From: Candidatus Iainarchaeum sp.
GTDB taxonomy: Archaea > Iainarchaeota > Iainarchaeia > Iainarchaeales > DTGL01
Assembly (NCBI GenBank): GCA_038736825.1
Contig: JAVYME010000029.1
Location: forward strand, 1-14,124
Direction of reading: 5' to 3'
Length of the DNA: 14,124 bases
The notes under the pieces were generated by a model. That model saw only the letters and a program-made list of their open reading frames with translations, ran no database searches and was not told the DNA's origin. The translations under genes and the position numbers were made by a program. Below are positions 13,712-14,124 of this stretch, piece after piece (the first letter of the stretch is position 1; the number at the start of each line of letters is the position of its first letter).

Positions 13712-14124
13712 TCACTGTTTTTGTGTTTTAAGCACTTCCAGGAATTCTTGAATGGCTCTTTTCCTGACTTCCAAAAGATTTGCTTTTTCGCGCAATTTTT
13801 GCAGTCTTTTTGTTGGCTCAAAAGTCATTGCTTGATTGTAGTCGCTGTAAGATGTTTTCCTCTTTATTGCATTAATCTCTGCCATCGTAAAACCGGTTTG
13901 CATTGCGATTTTTTCCGGATTGGCTCCTTTTCTCAAAAGCCTTGCCACGTGGTATGGCTTGTAGCCTTTCGGGCTTACAGCTCGCGGGCTTTCCATTCTT
14001 TCCTTTTCCGCTTGCCTTTCTATTTCAATTTTAACACTATTGATTTGTTCTTGCAATAAAGCAATCTCTCTTTGCATTTCTTCTTCCAGCATTGCAATTT
14101 GCGCTGGACTTTTAGCCCTTTCTC
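13712..14124 (-). CDS. Hypothetical coiled-coil protein with a central HTH-like segment. The reading frame stays open to the right edge, so the N-terminus may be missing.
   Basis: The track ORF starts at ATG 14092, but the frame upstream (..ERAKSPAQIA-MLEEEMQREIALLQEQINSVKIEIERQAEKE) has no stop codon before the window ends. YKPYHVARLLRKGANPEKIAMQTGFTMAEINAIKRK looks like a helix-turn-helix. I recognise no family. Confidence 0.5.
   Translation of the reverse strand, partial: ERAKSPAQIAMLEEEMQREIALLQEQINSVKIEIERQAEKERMESPRAVSPKGYKPYHVARLLRKGANPEKIAMQTGFTMAEINAIKRKTSYSDYNQAMTFEPTKRLQKLREKANLLEVRKRAIQEFLEVLKTQKQ

Noticed and set aside
1-14124. A search for CRISPR arrays, tRNA or rRNA genes, and long tandem or interspersed repeats.
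   Set aside because: No regularly spaced repeats, cloverleaf-compatible segments or rRNA-like stretches were seen by eye. All non-coding spacers are shorter than 280 nt. An automated scan (tRNAscan, Infernal, a CRISPR finder) would be needed to confirm this.

Overview
This is a gene-dense chromosomal segment from an archaeon. The archaeal call rests on a four-subunit 2-oxoacid:ferredoxin oxidoreductase, diphthine synthase, Trm5, DUF63 and DUF357 genes, A/T-rich TATA-like boxes about 25-30 nt upstream of start codons, and GGTG/GGAG ribosome-binding sites. The Lys/Glu-rich proteins and very short spacers suggest a small-genome, possibly DPANN-like lineage, but that is a guess. I support 19 protein-coding genes. 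Two are absent from the ORF track: a 5'-complete M24 peptidase that runs off the left edge, and a 54-aa ORF. I see no rRNA, tRNA, CRISPR array, transposase or integrase. Gene order is as follows. (-) 54-aa ORF, M29 aminopeptidase with an N-terminal extension, M24 Xaa-Pro peptidase. (+) DHH phosphoesterase, dCTP deaminase. (-) hyper-acidic TRASH/FCS zinc-ribbon miniprotein. (+) orphan COG1373-type AAA ATPase. (-) porG-porD-cutA-porA-porB. (+) acylphosphatase. (-) DUF63 membrane protein, diphthine synthase, DUF357, membrane-anchored beta-sandwich protein. (+) Trm5. (-) coiled-coil/HTH-like protein running off the right edge. Most content is housekeeping, and I cannot show any complete novel system from sequence alone. 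The best leads are: a cutA gene translationally coupled inside the POR operon; tight coupling of two unknown-function archaeal families to dph5; the TRASH miniprotein, whose Shine-Dalgarno sequence sits in the loop of an A7/U7 hairpin; an orphan ATPase with a repeat-structured promoter; and very short divergent promoter regions that share an AGAATTTAAA core.
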